Assembly (NCBI GenBank): GCA_964016885.1
Contig: OZ024743.1
Span: 315,642,001 to 315,706,000, forward strand
Length of the DNA stretch: 64,000 bases
Source of the DNA: Eledone cirrhosa
Taxonomy: Eukaryota
Direction: 5' to 3'
Shown here piece by piece: positions 1 through 14,320 of this stretch. The position numbers were made by a program, and so were the translations under genes. Under the pieces are notes generated by a model. That model was not told the DNA's origin, searched no databases, and saw only the letters and a list, made by a program, of their open reading frames with translations. Numbering within the stretch: the first letter of the stretch is position 1; every line of letters begins with the position of its first letter.

Positions 1-3000
1 CATCACACCAGCACCACATCACATACACCACCACCACATCACACTACCACCACATCACATACACCACCTCCACATCACACCACCACCACATCACATACAC
101 CACCACCACATCACACCACCACCACATCACATACACCACCACCACATCACACCACCACCACATCACATACACCACCACCACATCACACCACCACCACATC
201 ACATACACCACCACCACATCACACCACCACCACATCACATACACCACCACCACATCACATACACCACCACCACATCACATACACCACCACCACATCACAC
301 TACCACCACATCACACTACCACCACATCACACCACCACCACATCACATACACCACCACCACATCACACTACCACCACATCACACTACCACCACATCACAC
401 TACCACCACATCACACTACCACCACATCACACTACCACCACATCACACTACCACCACATCACACCACCACCACATCACATACACCACCACCACATCACAC
501 TACCACCACATCACACCACCACCACATCACACCACCACCACATCACATACACCACCACCACGTCACACTACCACCACATCACACTACCACCACATCACGT
601 ACACCACCACCACATCACACTACCACCACATCACATACACCACCACCACATCACACTACCACCACATCACATACACCACCACATTACACCACCACCACAT
701 CACATACACCACCACCACATCACATACACCACCACCACATCACATACACCACCACCACATCACATACACCACCACCACATCACATACACCACCACCACAT
801 CACATACACCACCACCACATCACATACACCACCACCACATCACACCACCACCACATCACATACACCACCACATCACACCACCACATCACATACACCACCA
901 CCACATCACATACACCACCACCACATCACACCACCACCACATCATATACACCACCACCACATCACACCACCACCACATCACGTACACCACCACCACATCA
1001 GACCACCACCACATCACACTACCACCACATCACACCACCACCACATCACACTACCACCACATCACACTACCACCACATCACACCACCACCACATCACATA
1101 CACCACCACCACATCACATACACCACCACCACATCACACCACCACCACATCACATACACCACCACATCACACCACCACCACATCACATACACCACCACCA
1201 CATCACATAAACCACCACCACATCACACCACCACCACATCACGTACACCACCACCACATCACACCACCACCACATCACACTACCACCACATCACACCACC
1301 ACCACATCACACTACCACCACATCACACCACCACCACATCACGTACACCACCACCACATCACATACACCACCACCACATCACATACACCACCACATCACA
1401 CCACCACCACATCACACCACCACCACATCACATACACCACCACCCCATCACACTACCACCACATCACACTACCACCACATCACACCACCACCACATCACA
1501 CTAACACCACATCACATACACCACCACCACATCACACTACCACCACATCACGTACACCACCACCACATCACACTACCACCACATCACATACACCACCACC
1601 ACATCACACTACCACCACATCACATACACCACCACCACATCACACTACCACCACATCACATACACCACCACATCACACCACCACCACATCACATTCACCA
1701 CCACCACATCACACCACCACCACATCACACCACCACCACATCACGTACACCACCACCACATCACACCACCACCACATCACATACACCACCACCACATCAC
1801 ACCACCACCACATCACACCACCACTACATCACATACACCACCACCACATCACACTACCACCACATCACAGACACCACCACCACATCACACTACCACCACA
1901 TCACATACACCACCACCACATCACACCACCACCACATCACATACACCACCACCACATCACACCACGACCACATCACACCACCACCACATCACATACACCA
2001 CCACCACATCACACTACCACCACATCACATACACCACCACATCACACCACCACCACATCACACCACCACCACATCACACTACCACCACATCACATACACC
2101 ACCACATCACATACACCACCACATCACATACACCACCACCACATCACACTACCACCACATCACATACACCACCACCACATCACACTACCACCACATCACA
2201 TACACCACCACATCACGTACACCACCACATCACATACACCACCACCCCATCACACCACCACCACATCACACCACCACCACATCACATACACCACCACCAC
2301 ATCACACTACCACCACATCACATACACCACCACCACATCACACTACCACCACATCACACCACCACCACATCACATACACCACCACCACATCACACTACCA
2401 CCACATCACATACACCACCACCACATCACACTACCACCACATCACATACACCACCACCACATCACACTACCACCACATCACACTACCACCACATCACGTA
2501 CACCACCACCACATCACACCACCACCACATCACATACACCACCACCACATCACACCACCACCACATCACACCACCACCACATCACACTACCACCACATCA
2601 CATACACCACCACCACACCACACCACCACCACATCACATACACCACCACCACATCACACTACCACCACATCACGTACACCACCACCACATCACACTACCA
2701 CCACATCACATACACCACCACCACATCACACTACCACCACATCACATACACCACCACCACATCACACTACCACCACATCACACTACCACCACATCACGTA
2801 CACCACCACCACATCACACCACCACCACATCACATACACCACCACCACATCACACCACCACCACATCACATACACCACCACCACATCACACTACCACCAC
2901 ATCACATACACCACCACCACATCACACTACCACCACATCACACCACCACCACATCACATACACCACCACCACATCACACTACCACCACATCACATACACC

Positions 3001-3349
3001 ACCACCACATCACACTACCACCACATCACATACACCCCCACCACATCACACCACCACCACATCACACTACCACCACATCACGTACACCACCACCACATCA
3101 CACCACCACCACATCACGTACACCACCACATCACACCACCACCACATCACACTACCACCACATCACATACACCACCACCACATCACACCACCACCACATC
3201 ACACCACCACCATATTACACCACCACCACATCACATACACCCCCACCACATCACACCACCACGTCACACACACCACCACCAACACATCACCACCATCACC
3301 ACCATCACACACACCACCACATCACGTACACCACCACATCACACCACCA

Positions 3350-6300
3350 CCACATCACATACACCACCACCCCATCACACCACCACCACATCACATACAC
3401 CACCACCACATTACACTACCACCACATCACATACATCACCACCACATCACACTACCACCACATCACATACACCACCACCACATCACACCACCACCACATC
3501 ACATACACCACCACCCCATCACACCACCACCACATCACATACACCACCACCACATTACATTACCACCACATCACATACACCACCACCACATCACACTACC
3601 ACCACATCACATACACCACCACCACATCACACCACCACCACCACATCAGACTACCACCACATCACATACACCACCACCCCATCACACTACCTCCACATCA
3701 CACCACCACCACATCACATACACCACCAGCACATCACACCACCACCACATCACGTACACCACCACCACATCACACCACCACCACATCACATACACCACCA
3801 CCCCATCACACTACCTCCACATCACATACACCACCACCACATCACACCACCACCACATCACACTACCACCACATCACGTACACCACCACCACATCACACC
3901 ACCACCACATCACACCACCACCACATCACATACACCACCACCACATCACACTACCACCACATCACACTACGACCACATCACATACACCACCACCACATCA
4001 CACTACCACCACACCACGTACACCACCACCACATCACACCACCACCACATCACATACACCACCACCACATTACACCACCACCACATCACGTACACCACCA
4101 CCACATCAGACTACCACCACATCACATACACCACCACCACATCACATACACCACTACCACATCACACCACTACCACATCACACCACCACCACATCACATA
4201 CACCACGACCACATCACATCACCACCACATCACGTACACCACCACCACATCACACCACCACCACATCACATACACCACCACCACATCACACCACCACCAC
4301 ATCACATACACCACCACCACATCACACTACCACCACATCACATACAACACCACCACATCACACTACCACCACATCACATACACCACCACCACATCACACC
4401 ACCACCACATCACGTACACCACCACCACATCACACCACCACCACATCACATACACCACCACCACATCACACCACCACCACATCACATACACCACCACCAC
4501 ATCACACTACCACCACATCACATACAACACCACCACATCACACTACCACCACATCACATACATCACCACCACATCACACCACCACCACATCACATACACC
4601 ACCACCACATCACACCACCACCACATCACATACACCACCACCACATCACACTACCACCACATCACATACACCACCACCACATCACACCACCACCACATCA
4701 CATACACCACCACCACATCACACCACCACCACATCACATACACCACCACCACATCACACTACCACCACATCACATACACCACCACATCACACCACCACCA
4801 CATCACTTACACCATCACCACATCACACTACCACCACATCACATACACCACCACCACATAACACTACCACCACATCACATACACCACCACCACATAACAC
4901 TACCACCACATCACATACACCACCACCACATCACACTACCACCACATCACATACAACACCACCACATCACACTACCACCACATCACATACATCACCACCA
5001 CATCACACCACCACCACATCACATACACCACCACCACATCACACCACCACCACATCACATACACCACCACCACATCACACTACCACCACATCACATACAC
5101 CACCACCACATAACACTACCACCACATCACTTACACCACCACCACATCACACTACCACCACATCACGTACACCACCACCACATCACACTACCACCACATC
5201 ACATACACCACATCACATACACCACCACCACATCACATACACCACCACCACGTCACACCACCACCACATCACATACACCACCACCACATCACACCACCAC
5301 CACATCACATACACCACCACCACATCACACCACCACCACATCACATACACCACCACCACATCACACTACCACCACATCACATACACCACCACATCACACT
5401 ACCACCACATCACATACACCACCACCACATCACACTACCACCACATCACATACACCACCACCACATCACACCACCACCACATCACATACACCACCACCAC
5501 ATCACATACACCACCACCACATCACACCACCACCACCACATCACACCACCACCACATCACACTACCACCACATCACATACACCACCACCACATCACACCA
5601 CCACCACATCACACTACCACCACCACATCACACCACCACCACATCACACTACCACCACATCACATACACCACCACCACATCACATACACCACCACCACAT
5701 CACATACACCACCACCACATCACACCACCACCACCACATCACACCACCACCACATCACACTACCACCACATCACATACACCACCACCACATCACACCACC
5801 ACCACATCACACTACCACCACCACATCACACTACCACCACATCACATACACCACCACATCACATACACCACCACCACATCACACTACCACCACATCACCA
5901 CCACCACATCACATACACCACCACCACATCACACCACCACCACATCACATACACCACCACCACATCACACTACCACCACATCACATACACCACCACCACA
6001 TCACACTACCACCACATCACATACACCACCACATCACACCACCACCACATCACATACACCACCACCACATCACACTACCACCACATCACACTACCACCAC
6101 ATCACATACACCACCACCACATCACACCACCACCACATCACACCACCACCACATCACATACACCACCAGAACATCACACCACCACGTCACACACACCACC
6201 ACTTCTATCACACACCACCACCACCCACACATCACCACCATCACCACCATCACACACACCACCACATCACATACACCACCACCACATCACACCACCACAG

Positions 6301-9300
6301 CACATACACCACCACCACATCACACCACCACGTCACACACACCACCACTTCCATCACACACCACCACCACCACCACCACCATCACACCACCACCACCCAC
6401 ACATCACCACCATCACCACCATCACACACACCACCACATCACACTACCACCACATCACATACACCACCACCACATCACACCACCACCACATTACACCACC
6501 ACCACATCACATACACCACCAGAACATCACACCACCACGTCACACACACCACCACTTCTATCACACACCACCACCACCACGACCATCACACCACCACCAC
6601 CCACACATCACCACCATCACCACCATCACACACACCACCACATCACATACACCACCACCACATCACACCACCACATCACATACACCACCACCACATCACA
6701 CTACCACCACATCACGTACACCACCACCACATCACACTACCACCACATCACATACACCACCACATCACACCACCACCACATCACATACACCACCACCACA
6801 TCACACTACCACCACATCACATACACCACATCACATACACCACCACCACATCACATACACCACCACCACGTCACACCACCACCACATCACATACACCACC
6901 ACCACATCACACCACCACCACATCACATACACCACCACCACATCACACCACCACCACATCACATACACCACCACCACATCACACTACCACCACATCACAT
7001 ACACCACCACATCACACTACCACCACATCACATACACCACCACCACATCACACTACCACCACATCACATACACCACCACCACATCACACCACCACCACAT
7101 CACATACACCACCACCACATCACATACACCACCACCACATCACACCACCACCACCACATCACACCACCACCACATCACACTACCACCACATCACATACAC
7201 CACCACCACATCACACCACCACCACATCACACTACCACCACCACATCACACCACCACCACATCACACTACCACCACATCACATACACCACCACCACATCA
7301 CATACACCACCACCACAAAACACCACCACCACCACATCACACCACCACATCACACTACCACCACATCACATACACCACCACCACATCACACCACCACCAC
7401 ATCACACTACCACCACCACATCACACTACCACCACATCACATACACCACCACCACATCACACTACCACCACATCACCACCACCACATCACATACACCACC
7501 ACCACATCACACCACCACCACATCACATACACCACCACCACATCACACTACCACCACATCACATACACCACCACCACATCACACTACCACCACATCACAT
7601 ACACCACCACATCACACCACCACCACATCACATACACCACCACCACATCACACTACCACCACATCACACTACCACCACATCACATACACCACCACCACAT
7701 CACACCACCACCACATCACACCACCACCACATCACACCACCACCACATCACATACACCACCACCACATTACACTACCACCACATCACATACATCACCACC
7801 ACATCACACTACCACCACATCACATACACCACCACCACATCACACCACCACCACATCACATACACCACCACCCCATCACACCACCACCACATCACATACA
7901 CCACCACCACATTACACTACCACCACATCACACTACCACCACATCACATACACCACCACCACATCACATACACCACCACCACATCACACCACCACCACCA
8001 CATCACACTACCACCACATCACATACACCACCACCACATCACACTACCACCACATCACATACACCACCACCACATCACACCACCACCACATCAGACTACC
8101 ACCACATCACATACACCACCACCCCATCACACTGCCTCCACATCACACCACCACCACATCACATACACCACCAGCACATCACACCACCACCACATCACGT
8201 ACACCACCACCACATCACACCACCACCACATCACATACACCACCACCCCATCACACTACCTCCACATCACATACACCACCACCACATCACACCACCACCA
8301 CATCACACTACCACCACATCACGTACACCACCACCACATCACACCACCACCACATCACACCACCACCACATCACATACACCACCACCACATCACACTACC
8401 ACCACATCACACTACGACCACATCACATACACCACCACCACATCACACTACCACCACACCACGTACACCACCACCACATCACATACACCACCACCACATT
8501 ACACCACCACCACATCACGTACACCACCACCACATCAGACTACCACCACATCACATACACCACCACCACATCACATACACCACTACCACATCACACCACT
8601 ACCACATCACACCACCACCACATCACATACACCACGACCACATCACACCACCACCACATCACGTACACCACCACCACATCACACCACCACCACATCACAT
8701 ACACCACCACCACATCACACCACCACCACATCACATACACCACCACCACATCACACTACCACCACATCACATACAACACCACCACATCACACTACCACCA
8801 CATCACATACACCACCACCACATCACACCACCACCACATCACGTACACCACCACCACATCACACCACCACCACATCACATACACCACCACCACATCACAC
8901 CACCACCACATCACATACACCACCACCACATCACACTACCACCACATCACATACAACACCACCACATCACACTACCACCACATCACATACATCACCACCA
9001 CATCACACCACCACCACATCACATACACCACCACCACATCACACCACCACCACATCACATACACCACCACCACATCACACTACCACCACATCACATACAC
9101 CACCACCACATCACACCACCACCACATCACATACACCACCACCACATCACACCACCACCACATCACATACACCACCACCACATCACACTACCACCACATC
9201 ACATACACCACCACATCACACCACCACCACATCACTTACACCATCACCACATCACACTACCACCACATCACATACACCACCACCACATAACACTACCACC

Positions 9301-9330
9301 ACATCACATACACCACCACCACATAACACT
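3350..9330. repeat. Higher-order duplication within satellite A (~3350-4900 repeated at ~7750-9330, offset ~4.43-4.45 kb)
   Basis: Rare variants recur in the same order: ACTACGACC (G at 3971 and 8416, offset 4445) and CACTTACACCATC (4806 and 9235, offset 4429). CATAACACT, CATACAACACC and CAGACTACC variants are also shared. Confidence 0.85.
6160..6640. repeat. Degenerate ~480-bp block D, copy 1 (internal 353-bp repeat)
   Basis: Markers ACCAGAACATC (G at 6169 and 6522), CACTTCTATCAC, CACTTCCATCAC, CACAGCACATAC and ACCCACACATC. Confidence 0.85.
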
Positions 9331-10339
9331 ACCACCACATCACATACACCACCACCACATCACATACACCACCACCACGTCACACCACCACCACATCACA
9401 TACACCACCACCACATCACACCACCACCACATCACATACACCACCACCACATCACACCACCACCACATCACATACACCACCACCACATCACACTACCACC
9501 ACATCACATACACCACCACATCACACTACAACCACATCACATACACCACCACCACATCACACTACCACCACATCACATACACCACCACCACATCACACCA
9601 CCACCACATCACATACACCACCACCACATCACATACACCACCACCACATCACACCACCACCACCACATCACACCACCACCACATCACACTACCACCACAT
9701 CACATACACCACCACCACATCACACCACCACCACATCACACTACCACCACCACATCACACCACCACCACATCACACTACCACCACATCACATACACCACC
9801 ACCACATCACATACACCACCACCACATCACATACACCACCACCACATCACACCACCACCACCACATCACACCACCACCACATCACACTACCACCACATCA
9901 CATACACCACCACCACATCACACCACCACCACATCACACTACCACCACCACATCACACTACCACCACATCACATACACCACCACATCACATACACCACCA
10001 CCACATCACACTACCACCACATCACCACCACCACATCACATACACCACCACCACATCACACTACCACCACATCACATACACCACCACCACATCACACCAC
10101 CACCACATCACATACACCACCACCACATCACACTACCACCACATCACATACACCACCACCACATCACACTACCACCACATCACATACACCACCACATCAC
10201 ACCACCACCACATCACATACACCACCACCACATCACACTACCACCACATCACACTACCACCACATCACATACACCACCACCACATCACACCACCACCACA
10301 TCACACCACCACCACATCACACCACCACCACATCACATA

Positions 10340-10820
10340 CACCACCAGAACATCACACCACCACGTCACACACACCACCACTTCTATCACACACCACCAC
10401 CACCCACACATCACCACCATCACCACCATCACACACACCACCACATCACATACACCACCACCACATCACACCACCACAGCACATACACCACCACCACATC
10501 ACACCACCACGTCACACACACCACCACTTCCATCACACACCACCACCACCACCACCACCATCACACCACCACCACCCACACATCACCACCATCACCACCA
10601 TCACACACACCACCACATCACACTACCACCACATCACATACACCACCACCACATCACACCACCACCACATTACACCACCACCACATCACATACACCACCA
10701 GAACATCACACCACCACGTCACACACACCACCACTTCTATCACACACCACCACCACCACGACCATCACACCACCACCACCCACACATCACCACCATCACC
10801 ACCATCACACACACCACCAC
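10340..10820. repeat. Degenerate block D, copy 2
   Basis: Same markers, G at 10348 and 10701. Offset 4179 from copy 1; internal spacing 353. Confidence 0.85.
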
Positions 10821-11934
10821 ATCACATACACCACCACCACATCACACCACCACATCACATACACCACCACCACATCACACTACCACCACATCACGTACAC
10901 CACCACCACATCACACTACCACCACATCACATACACCACCACATCACACCACCACCACATCACATACACCACCACCACATCACACTACCACCACATCACA
11001 TACACCACATCACATACACCACCACCACATCACATACACCACCACCACGTCACACCACCACCACATCACATACACCACCACCACGTCACACCACCACCAC
11101 ATCACATACACCACCACCACATCACACCACCACCACATCTCATACACCACCACCACATCACACCACCACCACATCACATACACCACCACCACATCACACT
11201 ACCACCACATCACATACACCACCACATCACACTACCACCACATCACATACACCACCACCACATCACACTACCACCACATCACATACACCACCACCACATC
11301 ACACCACCACCACATCACATACACCACCACCACATCACATACACCACCACCACATCACACCACCACCACCACATCACACCACCACCACATCACACTACCA
11401 CCACATCACATACACCACCACCACATCACACCACCACCACATCACACTACCACCACCACATCACACCACCACCACATCACACTACCATCACATCACATAC
11501 ACCACCACCACATCACATACACCACCACCACATCACACCACCACCACATCACACTACCACCACCACATCACACCACCACCACATCACACTACCACCACAT
11601 CACATACACCACCACATCACATACACCACCACCACATCACACTACCACCACATCACCACCACCACATCACATACACCACCACCACATCACACCACCACCA
11701 CATCACATACACCACCACCACATCACACTACCACCACATCACATACACCACCACCACATCACACTACCACCACATCACATACACCACCACATCACACCAC
11801 CACCACATCACATACACCACCACCACATCACACTACCACCACATCACACTACCACCACATCACATACACCACCACCACATCACACCACCACCACATCACA
11901 CCACCACCACATCACACCACCACCACATCACATA

Positions 11935-12420
11935 CACCACCAGAACATCACACCACCACGTCACACACACCACCACTTCTATCACACACCACCACCACCC
12001 ACACATCACCACCATCACCACCATCATACACACCACCACATCACATACACCACCACCACATCACACCACCACAGCACATACACCACCACCACATCACACC
12101 ACCACGTCACACACACCACCACTTCCATCACACACCACCACCACCACCACCACCATCACACCACCACCACCCACACATCACCACCATCACCACCATCACA
12201 CACACCACCACATCACACTACCACCACATCACATACACCACCACCACATCACACCACCACCACATTACACCACCACCACATCACATACACCACCAGAACA
12301 TCACACCACCACGTCACACACACCACCACTTCTATCACACACCACCACCACCACGACCATCACACCACCACCACCCACACATCACCACCATCACCACCAT
12401 CACACACACCACCACATCAC
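11935..12420. repeat. Degenerate block D, copy 3, merging into the decayed right edge of satellite A
   Basis: Same markers, G at 11943 and 12296. Offset 1595 from copy 2; internal spacing 353. Confidence 0.85.
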
Positions 12421-13127
12421 ATACACCACCACCACATCACACCACCACAGCACATACACCACCACCACATCACACCACCACGTCACACACCACCACTTCC
12501 ATCACACACCACCACCACCACCACCACCATCACACCACCACCACCCACACATCACCACCATCACCACCATCACACACACCACCACTTCACATACACCACC
12601 ACCACATCACACCACCACGTCACACACACCACCACTTCCATCACACACCACCGCCACCACCATCACACCACCACCACCAACACATCACCACCACCACCAT
12701 CACCTACACCACCACATCACACACACTACCACCTCCATCAGACCACCATCACACAGACCACCACCACCGTCACACCACACACACCACCAACACATCACCA
12801 CCACCACCATATCACACACACGAACACCACCATCACACACACCACCACATCACACACACACCACCACTTCACACACACCACTACCTCCATCACACCACCA
12901 CCTCCATCACACCACCATCACACACACCACCACCACCACAACAACAACAACACACACCACTACCACGGTCATACACACTACCGACACATCACCACCACCA
13001 TCACACACACCACCATCACACACACCACCAACACATCACCACCACCATCACAACACACACCAACAGCACCACCATCACAACCACCACCATCTATACATCA
13101 CACACAGAGAAAGACAGGTGATAATGT

Positions 13128-13211
13128 ATAATTGTTTCTACTTTAGGCACAAGGCCAGCAATTATTCAGTGCATTACTGGTACTTTATTTTATCGACCCC
13201 GTAAGGATGAA
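13128..13211 (-). mobile_element. 3' fragment of a tRNA-derived SINE (copy 1)
   Basis: TTGTTTCTACTTTAGGCACAAGGCCAGC...GGTACTTTATTTTATCGACCCCGTAAGGATGAA closely matches ~14033-14115 in this window. It lacks the Pol III box region. Confidence 0.75.
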
Positions 13212-13363
13212 TGTATAATACAGGGAAGGATGTCGTGTAAGAATTTCAACTGATATCTTAATGAAAAATGACTGAGTTCAGTAATATATTTCGCTTGACA
13301 TTTAACGATCAGCCAGCCAGCCTAATAAAGAAAGCATTTAACGAGCAGCCTATAGTGGAGAGA

Positions 13364-13538
<175 letters not shown>

Positions 13539-13583
13539 CGTCGCATGTTATAATAAGATGGTGGAACACACACAAATTAAATT

Positions 13584-13800
13584 ATGATTTCTAATTTAGG
13601 TACAAGTTCAACAATCTGTAGGGAGGGAAATGTCAATTGCTTTGATCCAAGTTCTGGATAAATACTTTATTTCAGCGACTCCAGAAAGATGAAAGGCAAA
13701 GTTGACCTCGGTCGGATTTTAACTCCGAATGTAAAGTGCCGGACAAATACTGCAAAACATTTTATCCGATGACCTACCAATTCTGCCAACCCACCCTTGC
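13584..13800 (-). mobile_element. tRNA-derived SINE, diverged near-full-length copy 2
   Basis: On the minus strand: A-box-like TGGCAGAATTGG (13788-13777), degenerate B-box GAGTTAAAATCC (13725-13714), then GAGGTCAACTTTGCCTTTCATC. Colinear with copies 3 and 4. Resemblance to abundant octopus tRNA-SINEs is from recall, not from a search. Confidence 0.75.
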
Positions 13801-13808
13801 ACACAAGT

Positions 13809-14022
13809 AAATGTTTCTACTTTTAGCTCAAGGCCAGCAATTTGAAGTAAAGTAGAAAGTCGATTAAATTGACCCCAAAGTGTTACAGGTATTCGATCTT
13901 GTAATGATGAAACGCAAAGTTGATCTCTGTGGGATTTGAACTCAGAATGTAATGAGCCGTATCAATGTGCCACAAAGCATGTTGTCTGACGGCCTACCGT
14001 TACTGCCAATTCTCCACCCTTG
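13809..14022 (-). mobile_element. tRNA-derived SINE, near-full-length copy 3
   Basis: On the minus strand: A-box-like TGGCAGTAACGG (14008-13997) and B-box GAGTTCAAATCCC (13943-13931). The tail TTGCTGGCCTTGAGCTAAAAGTAGAAACA is shared with the other copies. Confidence 0.8.
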
Positions 14023-14029
14023 CACACAT

Positions 14030-14162
14030 AAATAATTGTTTCTACTTTTGGCACAAGGCCAGCCATTACACAGTACATTACAGGTACTTTATTTTATCGA
14101 CCCCGTAAGAATGAAAGGCAAAGTTAACCTGGCGGGATTTGAACTCAGATCATAAAGGGCCA
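14030..14162 (-). mobile_element. tRNA-derived SINE, 5'-truncated copy 4
   Basis: B-box GAGTTCAAATCCC (14146-14134) and central CTTTGCCTTTCATTCTTACGGGGTCGATAAAATAAAGTACC. No A box is visible. Confidence 0.8.
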
Positions 14163-14320
14163 TAACTCCTATGATTGATATATATGTTACATATTAGCAT
14201 TGGCGTGTTACACACAAACAGTGTAGTGCAAATATATATTACACCGACAAAACGAAAAAGAAAACAAAAGTACGAATATAAAAATGAATGAAAAAAAAAG
14301 AGTGTATAGGCTTGTGCTCC
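14163..14320 (-). other. T-rich segment downstream of the CRE-like stop, possible 3' UTR of the element
   Basis: Directly follows the RGNAFTMFF* stop on the minus strand and contains poly-T-rich runs. No clear poly(A) tail. Confidence 0.35.

Larger units (their letters stand above)
1..13105. repeat. Satellite A: CA-rich tandem array of mixed-length monomers (16 bp CATCACACCACCACCA / CATCACACTACCACCA; 20 bp CATCACATACACCACCACCA / CATCACGTACACCACCACCA; minor 17- and 19-bp forms), roughly 700 monomers, continues off the left edge
   Basis: Monomers read directly from the sequence. The frequent 16+20 alternation gives a 36-bp period, seen as the 12-aa repeat (YVMWWWCDVVVV) in minus-strand ORFs 44..253 and 11010..11192. 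The array degenerates from ~12420 and ends in a short CA/GA run at ~13105. Confidence 0.97.

Noticed and set aside
3723-3730. Chi site GCTGGTGG on the minus strand
   Set aside because: It is a single-base variant of the CCACCACC satellite core, and E. coli RecBCD Chi has no relevance in this context.
44-11192. Minus-strand ORFs with the repeat VVVVYVMWWWCD (44..253, 11010..11192)
   Set aside because: They are translations of the 36-bp 16+20 satellite dimer.
1-13105. Telomeric repeat (resembles yeast C1-3A)
   Set aside because: I saw no CCCTAA/TTAGGG arrays. The arrays flank an internal island on both sides in the same orientation and show HOR structure.
13777-14146. tRNA genes
   Set aside because: A/B boxes are present but there is no cloverleaf. 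They are followed by a shared SINE body and occur as diverged tandem copies.
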